From positions 3,296,001 through 3,360,000 of the forward strand of contig OZ252244.1 of the NCBI GenBank assembly GCA_965249575.1: a DNA stretch of 64,000 nucleotides, given 5' to 3'. The translations under genes and the position numbers were made by a program. This DNA is from Gemmatimonadales bacterium (GTDB lineage: Bacteria > Gemmatimonadota > Gemmatimonadetes > Gemmatimonadales > GWC2-71-9). The notes beneath the pieces were generated by a model. It saw nothing but the letters and a program-made list of their open reading frames with translations, searched no databases and had not been told where the DNA came from. Shown one piece after another: positions 29,553 through 39,988 of this stretch (its first letter is position 1; every line of letters begins with the position of its first letter).

Positions 29553-30044
29553 CGGGCTAAGATGCGCCGCGTCGTCCGGTTTGGCGAGGTTTTGAGGTAG
29601 AACTTGGGGGGGCGACAGCCAGACCGCAGCCACCAGGGATCCTTGCGCCGGCAGCTCACACCGCAATAGCCTTCCTCAAGGATGAGTCATAAGAACTGGA
29701 CAGCCCCTTTGATAATGCCCTCATCTGCTTCGCTAGGAAAGCATCCTGCGATTCGGCGCACATCAAACCACAACTTGCCCACCTCTGAAGAATGCTCGGC
29801 GAGTCAGAGTCCTTAACTCCCATGATATTTCCGCAATAGTCAGGAGATCCTTTACAGTGCCAGGGCGTTAAGCGCGGGCGATAATGTGGCGAGCTTGACC
29901 TGGGTGACGGAGGTCCTGTTAGGTGCAGTAGTTTGGCGGGTACTCCCCAGGCACCTGACCACGAACGTTCGCGAATACGGCGTAATGGCCAGAAGTAGGC
30001 GTTATGGAGTTCTTGCCAAACGATTTAGCAGACGCAGAACGAAC

Positions 30045-30103
30045 TCGGTCGTAGGTTCAAGTCAAGTCCCACAGGGCCCACTATATAGAACAACGACTTA
30101 CGG
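30045..30103 (+). repeat. att site B: tRNA(CAT) 3' fragment with TCAAG duplication, plus right arm
   Basis: TCGGTCGTAGGTTCAAG-TCAAG-TCCCACAGGGCCCA-CTATATAGAACAACGACTTA. Confidence 0.8.
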
Positions 30104-30193
30104 TGTCCCGCGGGTCAGAGCACTCCGGCGGAGGGCTCCTTCAGCCCTAAACGAGACGTGTAGAATGGGCACCTCGAACCAACAGCCGACACT

Positions 30194-31456
30194 ATGAGAA
30201 GGAATACTCTTCTTGCGGCCTTGGCCGTTACCGTCGGTGTACTGCCGATTGCGGTCTTCTCGGGCTGTGCACGCCCGGATCGTCCTCAAGCGTCCACGAC
30301 GGCGGCAACGCATCTCTTTGTTTGGGCCGGTGACGCAGACGAGAAGGACTCCGATTTTCTTGCCGTCATCGATGCGCGTCGGTCAGAGCCCACGTACGGG
30401 CAGGTTGTTGCCACGCTCCCGGTCGGAGCTCGGGCCACGATGCCTCATCACACCGAATACGAGTATCCCTCCAACGACATGCTGTTCGCCAACGGCTGGA
30501 TGGCCGGACGTACGTTCCTGATCAATCTGCAGGATCCTCTGGAGCCCCAACTCGCGGGGCAGGTCACCAGCGTCGAGGGCTACAGCTTTCCTCATAGCTT
30601 CGCACGCCCTCCCAATGGTCATGTGCTCGCCACGTTCCAGGCGCGAGGGGATCGCTATGCTCCCCCCGGTGGGTTAGTGGAGCTGGATGCGCAAGGACGC
30701 GGGGTGCGAGCGGCCTACGCAGCAACACCGGAGGTCGATAGTACCTTGATCTGGCCCTACAGCTTGGTCGTGCTCCCTCAGATTGACCGCGCTGTCTCCA
30801 CGAGCGCCGATATGGGCGTGCCACCCTGGGACGAGTGGGCCTTCCAGGACACCTACCACGTGCAGATCTGGGCGCTCAACGACCTGCGCCTCCTGGCAAC
30901 CGTTCCGCTGCCCGAGGTGGAACAGGGCGCCTACCACATTGCTCCGGCCGAGCCGCGGGTTCTCTCGGATGGCACCGTGTACGTGAATACCTTCAGTTGT
31001 GGCCTGTATCGGATAGTCGGACTCGAAAGCGCCAGTCCCAGGGGAGCGTTTGTACATGCGTTCCCCGGTGGCACATCGATGGAAACGGAGTGTGCTGTGC
31101 CCATCGTGCATGAGAAGTACTGGATCCAGACTGTGCCGGCGTTGCCGGGCTTGATTGTGCTGGACGTAAGCAAACCGGCAGAACCCATTGAAGTCTCTCG
31201 CCTGAAGCTAGATGAGGGCTACCCTAAGCCGCATTGGGTAGCAGCTGACCGCACGGCGGGTCGGCTTGTGGTAACGGGAGACGGGGGCTCCTGGGTCTTG
31301 ATCCTTGATCTTGACGAGGAGGTGGGTGCATTGACAGTAGACGAGGCCTTCCGGGATGAAGGAGTCATGCGCCCTGGTATAGATTTCAATCGGATGCAAT
31401 GGCCGCACGGTGAAACCGGTGGTGCCATCGTTCACGGTGCACTGTTCAGCAAATAG
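30194..31456 (+). CDS. Beta-propeller lipoprotein, selenium-binding protein (SBP56)-like
   Basis: Lipobox-like FSGC; DFLAVID..PTYGQVV..PHH, PHW and C-terminal HGALF motifs. Confidence 0.7.
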   Translation: MRRNTLLAALAVTVGVLPIAVFSGCARPDRPQASTTAATHLFVWAGDADEKDSDFLAVIDARRSEPTYGQVVATLPVGARATMPHHTEYEYPSNDMLFANGWMAGRTFLINLQDPLEPQLAGQVTSVEGYSFPHSFARPPNGHVLATFQARGDRYAPPGGLVELDAQGRGVRAAYAATPEVDSTLIWPYSLVVLPQIDRAVSTSADMGVPPWDEWAFQDTYHVQIWALNDLRLLATVPLPEVEQGAYHIAPAEPRVLSDGTVYVNTFSCGLYRIVGLESASPRGAFVHAFPGGTSMETECAVPIVHEKYWIQTVPALPGLIVLDVSKPAEPIEVSRLKLDEGYPKPHWVAADRTAGRLVVTGDGGSWVLILDLDEEVGALTVDEAFRDEGVMRPGIDFNRMQWPHGETGGAIVHGALFSK

Positions 31457-31742
31457 TTGAGTTGGGGCAGCAAGCGTCGAACGGAGAGGAAGACCGCACG
31501 ATTGGTCATAGTTGTGGACGTCCTGAAGGACTGCTGCCACCAGATCAACCACGGTAGCGGTCGCGACGTGAGCGACGAATCCATTGCGGATGGAGCGACA
31601 CCGCTGAGCGTGAACTGGCAGACGGACAGCTATGTACGCATCCCGGTCAAGCTAGGATACGCAACGAGATGACACCCAACTCGCACCAAGTAACATCCGT
31701 CACCACCGCACGCACGAAGTCCAAGACGGGAAGACGGATGCG

Positions 31743-32471
31743 ATGAGTGACAGTACGAAGATCGAAGTGGTCGATGCGACCTGGAATCCCGTCCGCGGAT
31801 GCACGAAGGTCAGCCCTGGCTGCAAGAACTGCTACGCAGAGGCCTTCTCTGAGCGCTTCCGGGATGTAAAGGATCATCCGTTCGAGCAAGGCTTTGATCT
31901 TCGGTTAGTGCCGCGGAAGCTCGACGATCCGCTCAGCTGGCGGAAACCCCGCCGAGTGTTCGTGAACTCGATGAGCGACCTGTTCCACGAGGGCATTCCA
32001 GACGAGTACCTGGGCAAGGTCTTCGACGTGATGAGGCGGGCTCACTGGCATTCTTTCCACGTCCTCACCAAGCGCCCCGAGCGAATGCGGACCCTACTTC
32101 GTGTTCCGTTTGCGGATACCAGCACCCTGCCAAACGTCTGGTGGGGCGTGAGTGTCGAAAATCGGAAACACGGGGTGCCCCGCATGGACATCCTGAGAGA
32201 TACCCCAGCTAGGGTGCGGTTTGTGGTATTGGAACCTCTGCTGGAAGACCTGGGGACGCTGAATCTCGATGGGATCCACTGGATCATCGTGGGCGCGGAA
32301 ACAGGACGTCGTGCTCGCCCGCTCGAACTCGATTGGGTGCGGGCGATTCGGGATCAAGCCGTCGCGGCCAATGTCCCGCTGTTCTTCAAGCAACACCTGA
32401 TCAACCGTCGCAAGATCAGTCTTCCGCTCCTCGATGGTCGCCAATGGACGCAATACCCAGACCCACAGTAG
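31743..32471 (+). CDS. Phage Gp37/Gp68 family (DUF5131) protein
   Basis: TWNPVRGCTKVSPGCKNCYAE, FVNSMSDLFH, LTKRPER, EPLL, FFKQ. Confidence 0.92.
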   Translation: MSDSTKIEVVDATWNPVRGCTKVSPGCKNCYAEAFSERFRDVKDHPFEQGFDLRLVPRKLDDPLSWRKPRRVFVNSMSDLFHEGIPDEYLGKVFDVMRRAHWHSFHVLTKRPERMRTLLRVPFADTSTLPNVWWGVSVENRKHGVPRMDILRDTPARVRFVVLEPLLEDLGTLNLDGIHWIIVGAETGRRARPLELDWVRAIRDQAVAANVPLFFKQHLINRRKISLPLLDGRQWTQYPDPQ

Positions 32472-32519
32472 ACGATGACTCCTCGAGGGCGCGACCCGTA
32501 CCGACTCGCGCGCGCTCGC

Positions 32520-32583
32520 TCGCGGCCTCATGATCCGTCGGTCGGAGGTTCAAATTCTACAGGGCCCACTCAAAGCGGCGCGA
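32520..32583 (+). repeat. att site C: degenerate tRNA(CAT) 3' half
   Basis: GCGGCCTCATGATCCGTCGGTCGGAGGTTCAAATTCTACAGGGCCCA followed by the first half of the site-A terminator. Confidence 0.8.
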
Positions 32584-32951
32584 CCGGGAATCAGCGAGTG
32601 TTACCTTGCGCTAGACGCGTTCGCGGCCGGACTGCCCCGGCAGCGGAAGCTTCAGTCGTCTGATTAAATCCTGAAATCGTGGATCGTCGTGCAACGGCTC
32701 CAGCTCAAACACCGTCGCGAGCCATGGGAAGCCGCGACAGCAGCTTGGATGATCTTGTCAACCCGCCCCCGTCGGCGAGTGTTATTTGGAACCTCGAGAG
32801 CGCATTGGGCGTTCGCGAGACCAAGGAGCAGAGGTCCCACCACAAGGAACGGGTGGCTCTTTGCAATGAGGCATCGCGTCATCCAGTCCCTTGGATCGAG
32901 GGCGGTGGGTCGAGTCGTTGGCGGTAAACACCACTTAGAACGGGCACACGT

Positions 32952-34121
32952 TTGAACGCGACCCAACAACCTCCCTCCAAACCGTTGCCGGCGGTCGCGG
33001 CCCACCCGCTGGTGCGGGTGACTGCCGTGTTGGCACTGCTGTTCGTCTTCCTCGTCGGTGTGAACACGTTAGGCGACGGATTCAAGTCGCTCGGGACGGG
33101 ATTGCTCGATTCGTTTTTTGCGGTGACCGAGAATCCCTTCACGGCGCTCATGGTCGGGATTCTGACGACGACACTGGTGCAGAGCTCCTCGGTGACCACC
33201 TCGCTGATCGTGGGGCTAGTTGCCGCGCCGGAAAACGCCCTGCCGGTGGCCAACGCCGTGCCGATGATCATGGGCGCGAACATCGGCACCACCGTCACGA
33301 ACACCATTGCGGCACTGGCGCATATGGGACGCAAGGAAGAGTTCCGACGCGCCTTCGCGGTCGCGACGTGTCACGATTTTTTCAATTACCTAACGGTAGC
33401 CGTCCTGTTGCCACTCGAGCTGGTGACTGGATACCTACGGCGGCTGGCCACCGGGCTGTCCTCGTTGTTGACCGGACTCGGGGGCGTGACATACGACAGC
33501 CCTATCAAGGGCGCGCTGAAGGCGGCGGTCACACCGATCAAGGGAGTGGTCGAGGTAGTGACCGATTCTCCTCAGGCGCAGGCGGGACTCCTCATCGGCA
33601 TCAGCGGGGTGCTCATCTACGCGGCGCTGCTCCTGCTGGTCAGGGTCATGCGCACGGCGATGCAGTCACGGGTTGAGAACATCGTAACGCGTGCCTTGGA
33701 GCAGGAGGTCCTGCTTGCGTTTGCCGTGGGGATCGTCGTCACGGTGATGGTGCAGTCGAGCTCGATCACGACATCGCTTCTAGTGCCCCTGGCGGGTGCC
33801 GGTGTCCTCACCCTGCGGCAGGCGTTCCCGATCACGATTGGAGCGAACATTGGGACAACGGTGACGGCACTCCTGGCCGCTCTGGCAGCTACGGGTGCGA
33901 ACGCCGGTGCCGGCATCACGATCGCCCTAGTACACCTCCTCTTCAATATCAGCGGCACCGTGCTGATCTTTCCGATCAAGGTGATACGAAACGTTCCACT
34001 TGCGGGGGCGGAGTGGCTGGCGGGCACCGCCGTTCGGTCTCGTAAATGGGCGCTGATCTATGTCGTGGTGCTGTTCTACGGAGTGCCGGCGTTCTTTGCC
34101 GTACTGAACCGTTCTCTCTAG
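32952..34121 (+). CDS. Na+/phosphate cotransporter (NptA/SLC34-like)
   Basis: Two QSSS repeats and two GANIGTT motifs. Confidence 0.93.
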   Translation: MNATQQPPSKPLPAVAAHPLVRVTAVLALLFVFLVGVNTLGDGFKSLGTGLLDSFFAVTENPFTALMVGILTTTLVQSSSVTTSLIVGLVAAPENALPVANAVPMIMGANIGTTVTNTIAALAHMGRKEEFRRAFAVATCHDFFNYLTVAVLLPLELVTGYLRRLATGLSSLLTGLGGVTYDSPIKGALKAAVTPIKGVVEVVTDSPQAQAGLLIGISGVLIYAALLLLVRVMRTAMQSRVENIVTRALEQEVLLAFAVGIVVTVMVQSSSITTSLLVPLAGAGVLTLRQAFPITIGANIGTTVTALLAALAATGANAGAGITIALVHLLFNISGTVLIFPIKVIRNVPLAGAEWLAGTAVRSRKWALIYVVVLFYGVPAFFAVLNRSL

Positions 34122-34139
34122 GAAGCGACGGAGGCTCCT

Positions 34140-34823
34140 ATGCTTCGTGAGTTACTCGGCATCTTTCGCTCGGACGACCCGCTCAGCGCGATGGGCGCGA
34201 ATTTCGCCAGCATGCTCGACGTGACGTATGAGATGACCGTCGAGGCCGGCGGCATTCTCTTCGGTAGCCAGCCGGCTCCGGAGGAGCGCACGAAACTCTA
34301 CAAGCGGGACGTCGCGGTCAACAAGCTCGAGCGCGCGATTCGAAAACAGGTGATCGCCCATCTCTCGATCCGGGGGAACACCCCCAGCCTGCCGTACTGC
34401 CTGCTTCTGATGAGCCTCGTGAAGGACGTCGAGCGAATCGGCGATTACGCGAAGAACGTTGCAGAGGTAAACGAGCTTCACCACGGTGCTTTGCCGGATG
34501 ACGAGATTGTCGCCGAGTTGCGGGAGATTCGGACGGGGACCGAGTCGATGTTTGCGGAGACATCCCAAGTCTTCTCTTCCTCCGACCGCGAAAAAGCCAT
34601 GGAGTTGATCCGGCGCGGGCGGGACTTCACGCGTCGCGCCGACGTGCTGATCGATCGGATCGCCCACAGCAGCTACGACGCGCGGATGTCCTCAGCCACG
34701 GTTCTCGGGACGCGATACTACAAACGCATTGCCGCACATTTGCTTAACGTGCTATCGAGCGTCGTGATGCCACTCCATAAGTTGGACTACTACGACGAAA
34801 AGGAGATTGCCCCGGAAGCGTAG
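34140..34823 (+). CDS. PhoU domain protein
   Basis: DVAVNKLERAIR, KDVERIGDYAKN, KRIAAH; directly follows the Na/Pi transporter. Confidence 0.85.
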   Translation: MLRELLGIFRSDDPLSAMGANFASMLDVTYEMTVEAGGILFGSQPAPEERTKLYKRDVAVNKLERAIRKQVIAHLSIRGNTPSLPYCLLLMSLVKDVERIGDYAKNVAEVNELHHGALPDDEIVAELREIRTGTESMFAETSQVFSSSDREKAMELIRRGRDFTRRADVLIDRIAHSSYDARMSSATVLGTRYYKRIAAHLLNVLSSVVMPLHKLDYYDEKEIAPEA

Positions 34824-34849
34824 TCACGGATTCGATCTCCTTGCTACCG

Positions 34850-34987
34850 CGCTCGTTCGCGGCCTCATAACCCGTCGGTCGTAGGTTCAAGTCCTGTGGC
34901 CTTGCGCACACCGCTCCGCTGCGCATCTCGGTGTTTGCGTCAAGTCCTACGGGGCCCACTATATAAACCAACGACTTACAGCACACC
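34850..34987 (+). repeat. att site D: tRNA(CAT) 3' half interrupted in the T-arm by a 44-bp insert
   Basis: TCAAGTCCT flanks the insert 34896-34939 on both sides; right arm CTATATAAACCAACGACTTACAGCACACC. Confidence 0.85.
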
Positions 34988-35220
34988 TTGCGCAGCCTCA
35001 TCGAAGAGACTCGGGTGAAGGGTTGGAGTATCCTGGACCAGGAACTGGAGATCGGACTCCGATCGATGTCGGTGCCTATCGGTGACAAAGCGGGACAGTG
35101 GTCGCAGAGCTCAGCGTCGCCTGCCCTAGCTCCCGCATCTCGCCCAAGGACCCACACACGAAGATTCTGCTCGAGTTGCGGACGGCGTCACAGGACATCA
35201 CCGCCAGCTTGCGGCGATAG
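34988..35220 (+). pseudogene. IclR/PcaR regulator, C-terminal fragment
   Basis: GWSILDQELEIGLRSMSVPI; frameshifted, no HTH. Confidence 0.65.
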
Positions 35221-35313
35221 TCCATTGCACGGCTGCGTGTCGTGCTTAGTGGAGCCGCTCCCGCTTCCACAGATCCCGCACCTCGTCGTCTAGCCCCGTC
35301 ATCTCCCAGCGGA

Positions 35314-35661
35314 TCAGCGAAATCGGGAGTTGTCCGATGCCCTGGCCGGATCCTTCCACTCGAGGAATTCTTGGAACAGTGCAACGAGGTCATCGTAATT
35401 GCCCGATCCGTCCGGCATACGTTCCAGACGAGCGCCTGCCGCCGTCGATTCGAACGCTGTTAAGAGGAGTAACAGCAGCGTCGCCGCTAAGGCGGATTTG
35501 ATCGAGATCGACGTTGTCTTCATATGCTCTGATCCCCCGTGATGAAGTGTCGGTATGTTCGCCGCGAGATAGACCGTAGCCATCCCGCCCGCGCCAAGCT
35601 CGCGCTCAATTCGGTAGGGTTCAGCTAGTGCGGTCGTGAGACAGTCGAGGGTGTCCGACAC
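35314..35661 (-). pseudogene. Kinase N-terminal stub followed by a DUF885-like N-terminal stub
   Basis: LTTALAEPYRIERELGAGGMATVYLA, then MKTT..GSGNYDDLVALFQEF (cf. GSGRYEDLVALFEEW in the 53378 gene). Confidence 0.7.
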
Positions 35662-35887
35662 TCGGATGGCTCCGTTTGCCCAACTTCAAAGCTAGGACGC
35701 GGCTACACGGTCAGCCAGAGCGAAACGTTCAGGGAACAGGGAATCATACAGACACGTCGCTGGTACCCGATTACCGCCGGGTGATGGTACCGAGGGTCAA
35801 AACGGGCATTGGGGTGCACCCCGGAAACTGCCGAGTGACGCGTTTCTGGACGCGTTTTTCCGGCAAGACCCCGTGGCGCCCCTTCCG

Positions 35888-35927
35888 CCCCGCCCGCGTC
35901 CGTTTCGCGTCAAGTCCCCAGGGCCCA
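35888..35927 (+). repeat. att site E: hairpin plus tRNA(CAT) 3' end
   Basis: CCGCCCGCGTCCGTTTCGCG-TCAAGTCCCCAGGGCCCA. Confidence 0.65.
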
Positions 35928-36062
35928 TTGTCGACGGGTGTTAGAGGATGCTAGAGGGTTTCACGCCTCGCGGCCGTCGTCCGGCCGGTTTTCTGAACCC
36001 TCCAAGCGTGGTGACGTCACCGCATCGGGGAATCCGAGGTGCCCGTCTGCCGCCGCCAGCCT

Positions 36063-37439
36063 CTAGCTTGCCGGCGCGATGTTCTGGTTGATGTGGAAGA
36101 GGTTGTCCGGGTCATAGGTCGCCTTCGCTGCTGCGAGCCGCTCGTAGTTGGCGCCATAGTTTGCAGGCGCGCGGTGGTCGTCGTCGCTGGACATGAAGTT
36201 GACGTAGCCCCCATCGCTGCCCGAGTGGGGATGAATGGCGGCGTAATAGTCCTTCACCCACTTGGTGTTGGCTTCGTTGTCGGCAGGGTCGTCCCAAATT
36301 CCCACGATCATCGGGGCAAAGCTCTTGTCTCGGTGTCCGAAGGCGGTCTCGTCTGCGCCGACCCGCTGAGCAGCACCGTTGATCGGATGGAGATGCATGC
36401 TCGAGCTGATGTGCGGTGTCTTCTTGCCATGCTCGATGTGAGCCGCGATTGCCTCGTCGGTGAGTTCGGTGACGAAGTCCGCTTTCCAGTAATGCTGCAT
36501 GCCCTTCGGGACGAGACCGTCGAAGGCGCTCTGGAGGGCCGGGAACGGCAGGACGTTGACGTGCTCCGCCTTCACTTCGGCGGCGTCGCGTAGTGGCCGA
36601 AGCACTCGCTCGGCCTCCTCATGTGGACCGTTCCAGCAACAGACCAGAACACAGAACAGGTCCCCGACCCTGTCCTCGGGGATGAATGGTAGCGGAGGAG
36701 CTATCTGCCAGCCGAAGAAGCAGCCGAGCTGCTCGGGCGCTTCAGCGATGTACTCGCGGTAGCACTCGAGGACCGACGCAGCATCGCCAGCCTCATAGAA
36801 CATCGGGCCGCCGACGACGTCACCGACCTCGTGAAGCTGAAACTCGAAGCTGGTGACGACACCGAAGTTGCCGCCCCCGCCGCGCAGGGCCCAGAACAAG
36901 TCTTCGTTCTGGTAGTCGCTCGCGGTGACCTGCCGGCCATCGGCGAGAACGACGTCGGCCGACAGGAGGTTGTCGATCGACAGCCCGACGCTGCGGGTCA
37001 GATAGCCGATGCCGCCACCCAGCGTCAGGCCACCGACTCCGGTCGTCGAAACGACCCCGCCTGGTGCGGCCAAGCCGAAGGGATGGGTCGCATGGTCGAC
37101 GTCGCCCAACGTCGCACCGCCCCCGACTCGGGCGACCTTCTTATCCGGGTCGACCCGAACGTGGTTCATCCTCGACAGGTCGATGACCAGACCGTCGTCC
37201 ACCGTGCCGAAGCCGGGAACGCTGTGGCCGCCACCCCGCACAGCGAGGTCTAGGCCGCTGTCGCGGGCAGCGGCGATCGCGGCCATCACGTCGGCCGCAT
37301 CCACGCACCGGACGACGGCGCTTGGCTTGCGGTCGTGCATGGCGTTGTAGACGACGCGCGCGTCGTCGTAGTCAGACTCCGAGGGGGTGATGACGCGCCC
37401 TCGCACCGCTCCGGTCAATGCCTCGATTGTGCCGCTCAT
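36063..37439 (-). CDS. FAD-binding oxidoreductase (BBE-like)
   Basis: AVRGGGHS, GVGGLTLGGG, DLFWALRGGGGNFGVVT, GYVNF, KATYDPDNLF; GAGGAG RBS. Confidence 0.93.
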   Translation of the reverse strand: MSGTIEALTGAVRGRVITPSESDYDDARVVYNAMHDRKPSAVVRCVDAADVMAAIAAARDSGLDLAVRGGGHSVPGFGTVDDGLVIDLSRMNHVRVDPDKKVARVGGGATLGDVDHATHPFGLAAPGGVVSTTGVGGLTLGGGIGYLTRSVGLSIDNLLSADVVLADGRQVTASDYQNEDLFWALRGGGGNFGVVTSFEFQLHEVGDVVGGPMFYEAGDAASVLECYREYIAEAPEQLGCFFGWQIAPPLPFIPEDRVGDLFCVLVCCWNGPHEEAERVLRPLRDAAEVKAEHVNVLPFPALQSAFDGLVPKGMQHYWKADFVTELTDEAIAAHIEHGKKTPHISSSMHLHPINGAAQRVGADETAFGHRDKSFAPMIVGIWDDPADNEANTKWVKDYYAAIHPHSGSDGGYVNFMSSDDDHRAPANYGANYERLAAAKATYDPDNLFHINQNIAPAS

Positions 37440-37708
37440 CGGGTGCTCCTCATCCTTGGGTTCACATCGATGGGGGAAGGATGCACCCTCAGGCGTTCCC
37501 GAAGCGTTCCCTCTCATCTCCGCTGTCGACGGGATCTCACGTGTCACCATATTAATACCACTTTCGTTTACAAGTGCTGAAAGAACGCACGCGCAAGGCC
37601 GCAGCGCGATTGGGGCAACGTACCAGCGGCTGCCTTCGTCGCCGTAGCCTTCGGTCCCGGGTGGATGAATCCTGCCGGGCGCGTCGTACGCCAGGCGACG
37701 GAGGCGCA

Positions 37709-37902
37709 ATGAAGGCAATTGTCCAGGACCGGTAGGGGGCGCCGGAGCGGGTGCCCAAGCTGGAAGAAGTCGACCCACCCCCGGTCGCCAACGAGGTTCT
37801 GATTTGGGTGCGGGCCACCAGCATGACCCCCCCCGACTGGATCGCGGTGACTGGAGTCCCTTACATCATCGGGCGGCGCTTTGGACTCTGGCACCCGCCG
37901 AC
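37709..37902 (+). pseudogene. Degenerate N-terminal paralogue of the 28259 oxidoreductase
   Basis: GGAGGCGCAATGAAGGC start shared with 28259; in-frame TAG; PDWIAVTGVPY. Confidence 0.8.
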
Positions 37903-38075
37903 GTCGCGCAGTGATAGCAGAGCATTGTGCTGAGCCAATCGCCCACCACGTGCTCGGCGGGTTGTTGGTGGTAGACGGGTGGTTTGGCGCCCCACATATT
38001 TGGGCGCGACAGCGGTGCCCACCATCACGGGGGTGCCTCCTCTCAGTTCACGACTCAGATCAGGGGGATGTGGCT

Positions 38076-38516
38076 GTGAATACGCCAAAGATCCTAGTTG
38101 GGGGGCTCGCCGCCGGCGTCGTCATCTTGGTGCTCGACTTCGTCACGAACTTGCTCGTGCTGGAGGATCGCTTCCAAGCCGAGATGGAAGCCCTCAACCC
38201 CACGCTGGCGGCGAACCTGGCATCCACCGGCACGCTGGTCGGTTTCGTAGTGCTCGATATTGTGTTCGGCGTGCTGCTCACGTGGCTCTACGCCGCCATC
38301 CGGCCGCGACTTGGCCCTGGCCCCAAGACGGCCGCGATCGCCGGGGTCTATTTCTGGCTGCTCACCGGCATGGTATGGGCCAGCCTCGTGGTGACGGGGC
38401 TATTCAGTTGGGGCCTGTACGTGCTCAGTGGTGTGATGTGGCTGATAACGTCTCTCGTGGCCGCTCAGGTGGCGGGGTGGATCTACACCGAGGAAGCCGC
38501 CACTGCATCTCCGTAA
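38076..38516 (+). CDS. 4-TM membrane protein
   Basis: KILVGGLAAG..WLYAAIRPRLGPGPKTA..AGWIY. Confidence 0.75.
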   Translation: MNTPKILVGGLAAGVVILVLDFVTNLLVLEDRFQAEMEALNPTLAANLASTGTLVGFVVLDIVFGVLLTWLYAAIRPRLGPGPKTAAIAGVYFWLLTGMVWASLVVTGLFSWGLYVLSGVMWLITSLVAAQVAGWIYTEEAATASP

Positions 38517-38744
38517 GGCGGACTGAGGGCGGCGGTGACTGACGATGCTTTCGACGCCCTCGTGAATTGGGCACGCTGCACATGTCTGGACGGTGTCGTG
38601 TGGGCGGCTGCTTGCGGCAGAGTCGCGTTTCGCTCCGTGAGGCCCATGCGGGTCTGGTGAGGCTGCCGCGCTGACCCGGAGCAGTTTCGCGGCCGTGGTC
38701 TCCCGGGGGCCGGGGCCGCTAGATCTGTGGGCGACACCGAGGGG

Positions 38745-38948
38745 GTGTCACTGAAATTGTCACGATCATTGTTCCGTCGCCCACGAGCGCTGGTGAAGCG
38801 CTGGCGCGCGTCAAACCGCCGTTTTCATGGGAAAACTGCTGCTCGTGAGGGCCCACGCCCGCTCGATGGCGGCCTCGTAATCCGTCGGTCGCAGGTTGAG
38901 GCCCCCTCAGCCCCCACCCCGCTCGCGTCCGCTACGCGTCAAGTCCCG
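38745..38948 (+). repeat. att site F: left arm plus degenerate, interrupted tRNA(CAT) 3' half
   Basis: Arm similar to site A (TGTCAC boxes, CGCCCACGAGCGCTGGTGA, CGCCGTTTTC..AAAACT); CTCGTAATCCGTCGGTCGCAGGTT...GCG-TCAAGTCC. Confidence 0.8.
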
Positions 38949-39038
38949 TGGGGTGTTTCGCCTACCACTCGGCTTCGCACGACCCACTCTTAGTGTCCTT
39001 ACGGAAAATCCACCATCAATTCTCCGGGAGTCGCCTTT

Positions 39039-39944
39039 ATGTACCGTTCGATTACCCTCGCTCTAGCTGTCAGCAGTATCGCTACCGCTCATGCTCAAGG
39101 TCCAGGCAACGAGCCGTTCGCGGCCGGCGCGGCCCTGGAACAATCGGCCAACGTGCGTACCTATGGCAGCTTCCGCTTCGCCGAGAGCATTTCCTACGAC
39201 GCCGAGCGTGACCTCTACGTCGTCGTCAATGCCGGCATCGCGCAAGATGTTATTCCGAACGACGGCTACGTGTCACTGATCAATCCCGACGGCACGGCGC
39301 ACACGCCGAAGTGGATTGGCGTCAACCGCAACGGACTGACGCTCAACCATCCGCTCGGCAGCGACATCATCAATGGGCTGCTCTACGTTGCAGACATCAA
39401 CGTCGTGCGCTGGTTCGACATGGAGACGGGCGAGCCGCGCGGCAGCGTGACAGTCGAAGACGCGCAACGCTTCAACGACATCGAAGTAGCCGAGGAGGGC
39501 ACGATCTATGCCTCGCAGAGCGGCGGCCGTGAGAGCGAGAGCTGGCGCATCTACCGGATCTCACCCGACGGCGACTCCGAGGTCTTCGTCGAAGGCGACC
39601 CATTGGGCCGACCGAACGGCGTTGCCTTCGATAACAATGGCAACATCGTCGTCGTCAACATCCTTGACAACAACGTATTGACGTTCTCGCCCAACGGTCG
39701 CTTGCTCAATACCGAGCACACCGTGGACGGTGGTAATGACGGCCTCGTGATTCTCGAGGATGGCACCAAATATGTGAGCAGCGTGCGCGCCGGCACCGTC
39801 TCGCGCATCCGGCCCGGCGAGCCGGCCGAGATCGTTGCTTACGGTATTCCGAGCGCCGCTTCCATGAGCTACGACTCCAAGCGTCATCGGCTGCTGATTC
39901 CGATGAACAACTGGAACGCGATCAGCCTCGTCGACATCGACTGA
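39039..39944 (+). CDS. Secreted SMP-30/gluconolactonase-like beta-propeller
   Basis: Signal peptide; FAES, FNDI, PNGVA, GNDGL motifs. Confidence 0.8.
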   Translation: MYRSITLALAVSSIATAHAQGPGNEPFAAGAALEQSANVRTYGSFRFAESISYDAERDLYVVVNAGIAQDVIPNDGYVSLINPDGTAHTPKWIGVNRNGLTLNHPLGSDIINGLLYVADINVVRWFDMETGEPRGSVTVEDAQRFNDIEVAEEGTIYASQSGGRESESWRIYRISPDGDSEVFVEGDPLGRPNGVAFDNNGNIVVVNILDNNVLTFSPNGRLLNTEHTVDGGNDGLVILEDGTKYVSSVRAGTVSRIRPGEPAEIVAYGIPSAASMSYDSKRHRLLIPMNNWNAISLVDID

Positions 39945-39988
39945 GCACTTAGAGACGCCTGGGCCGCGGAGGTCTGCCTCAAATCTTG

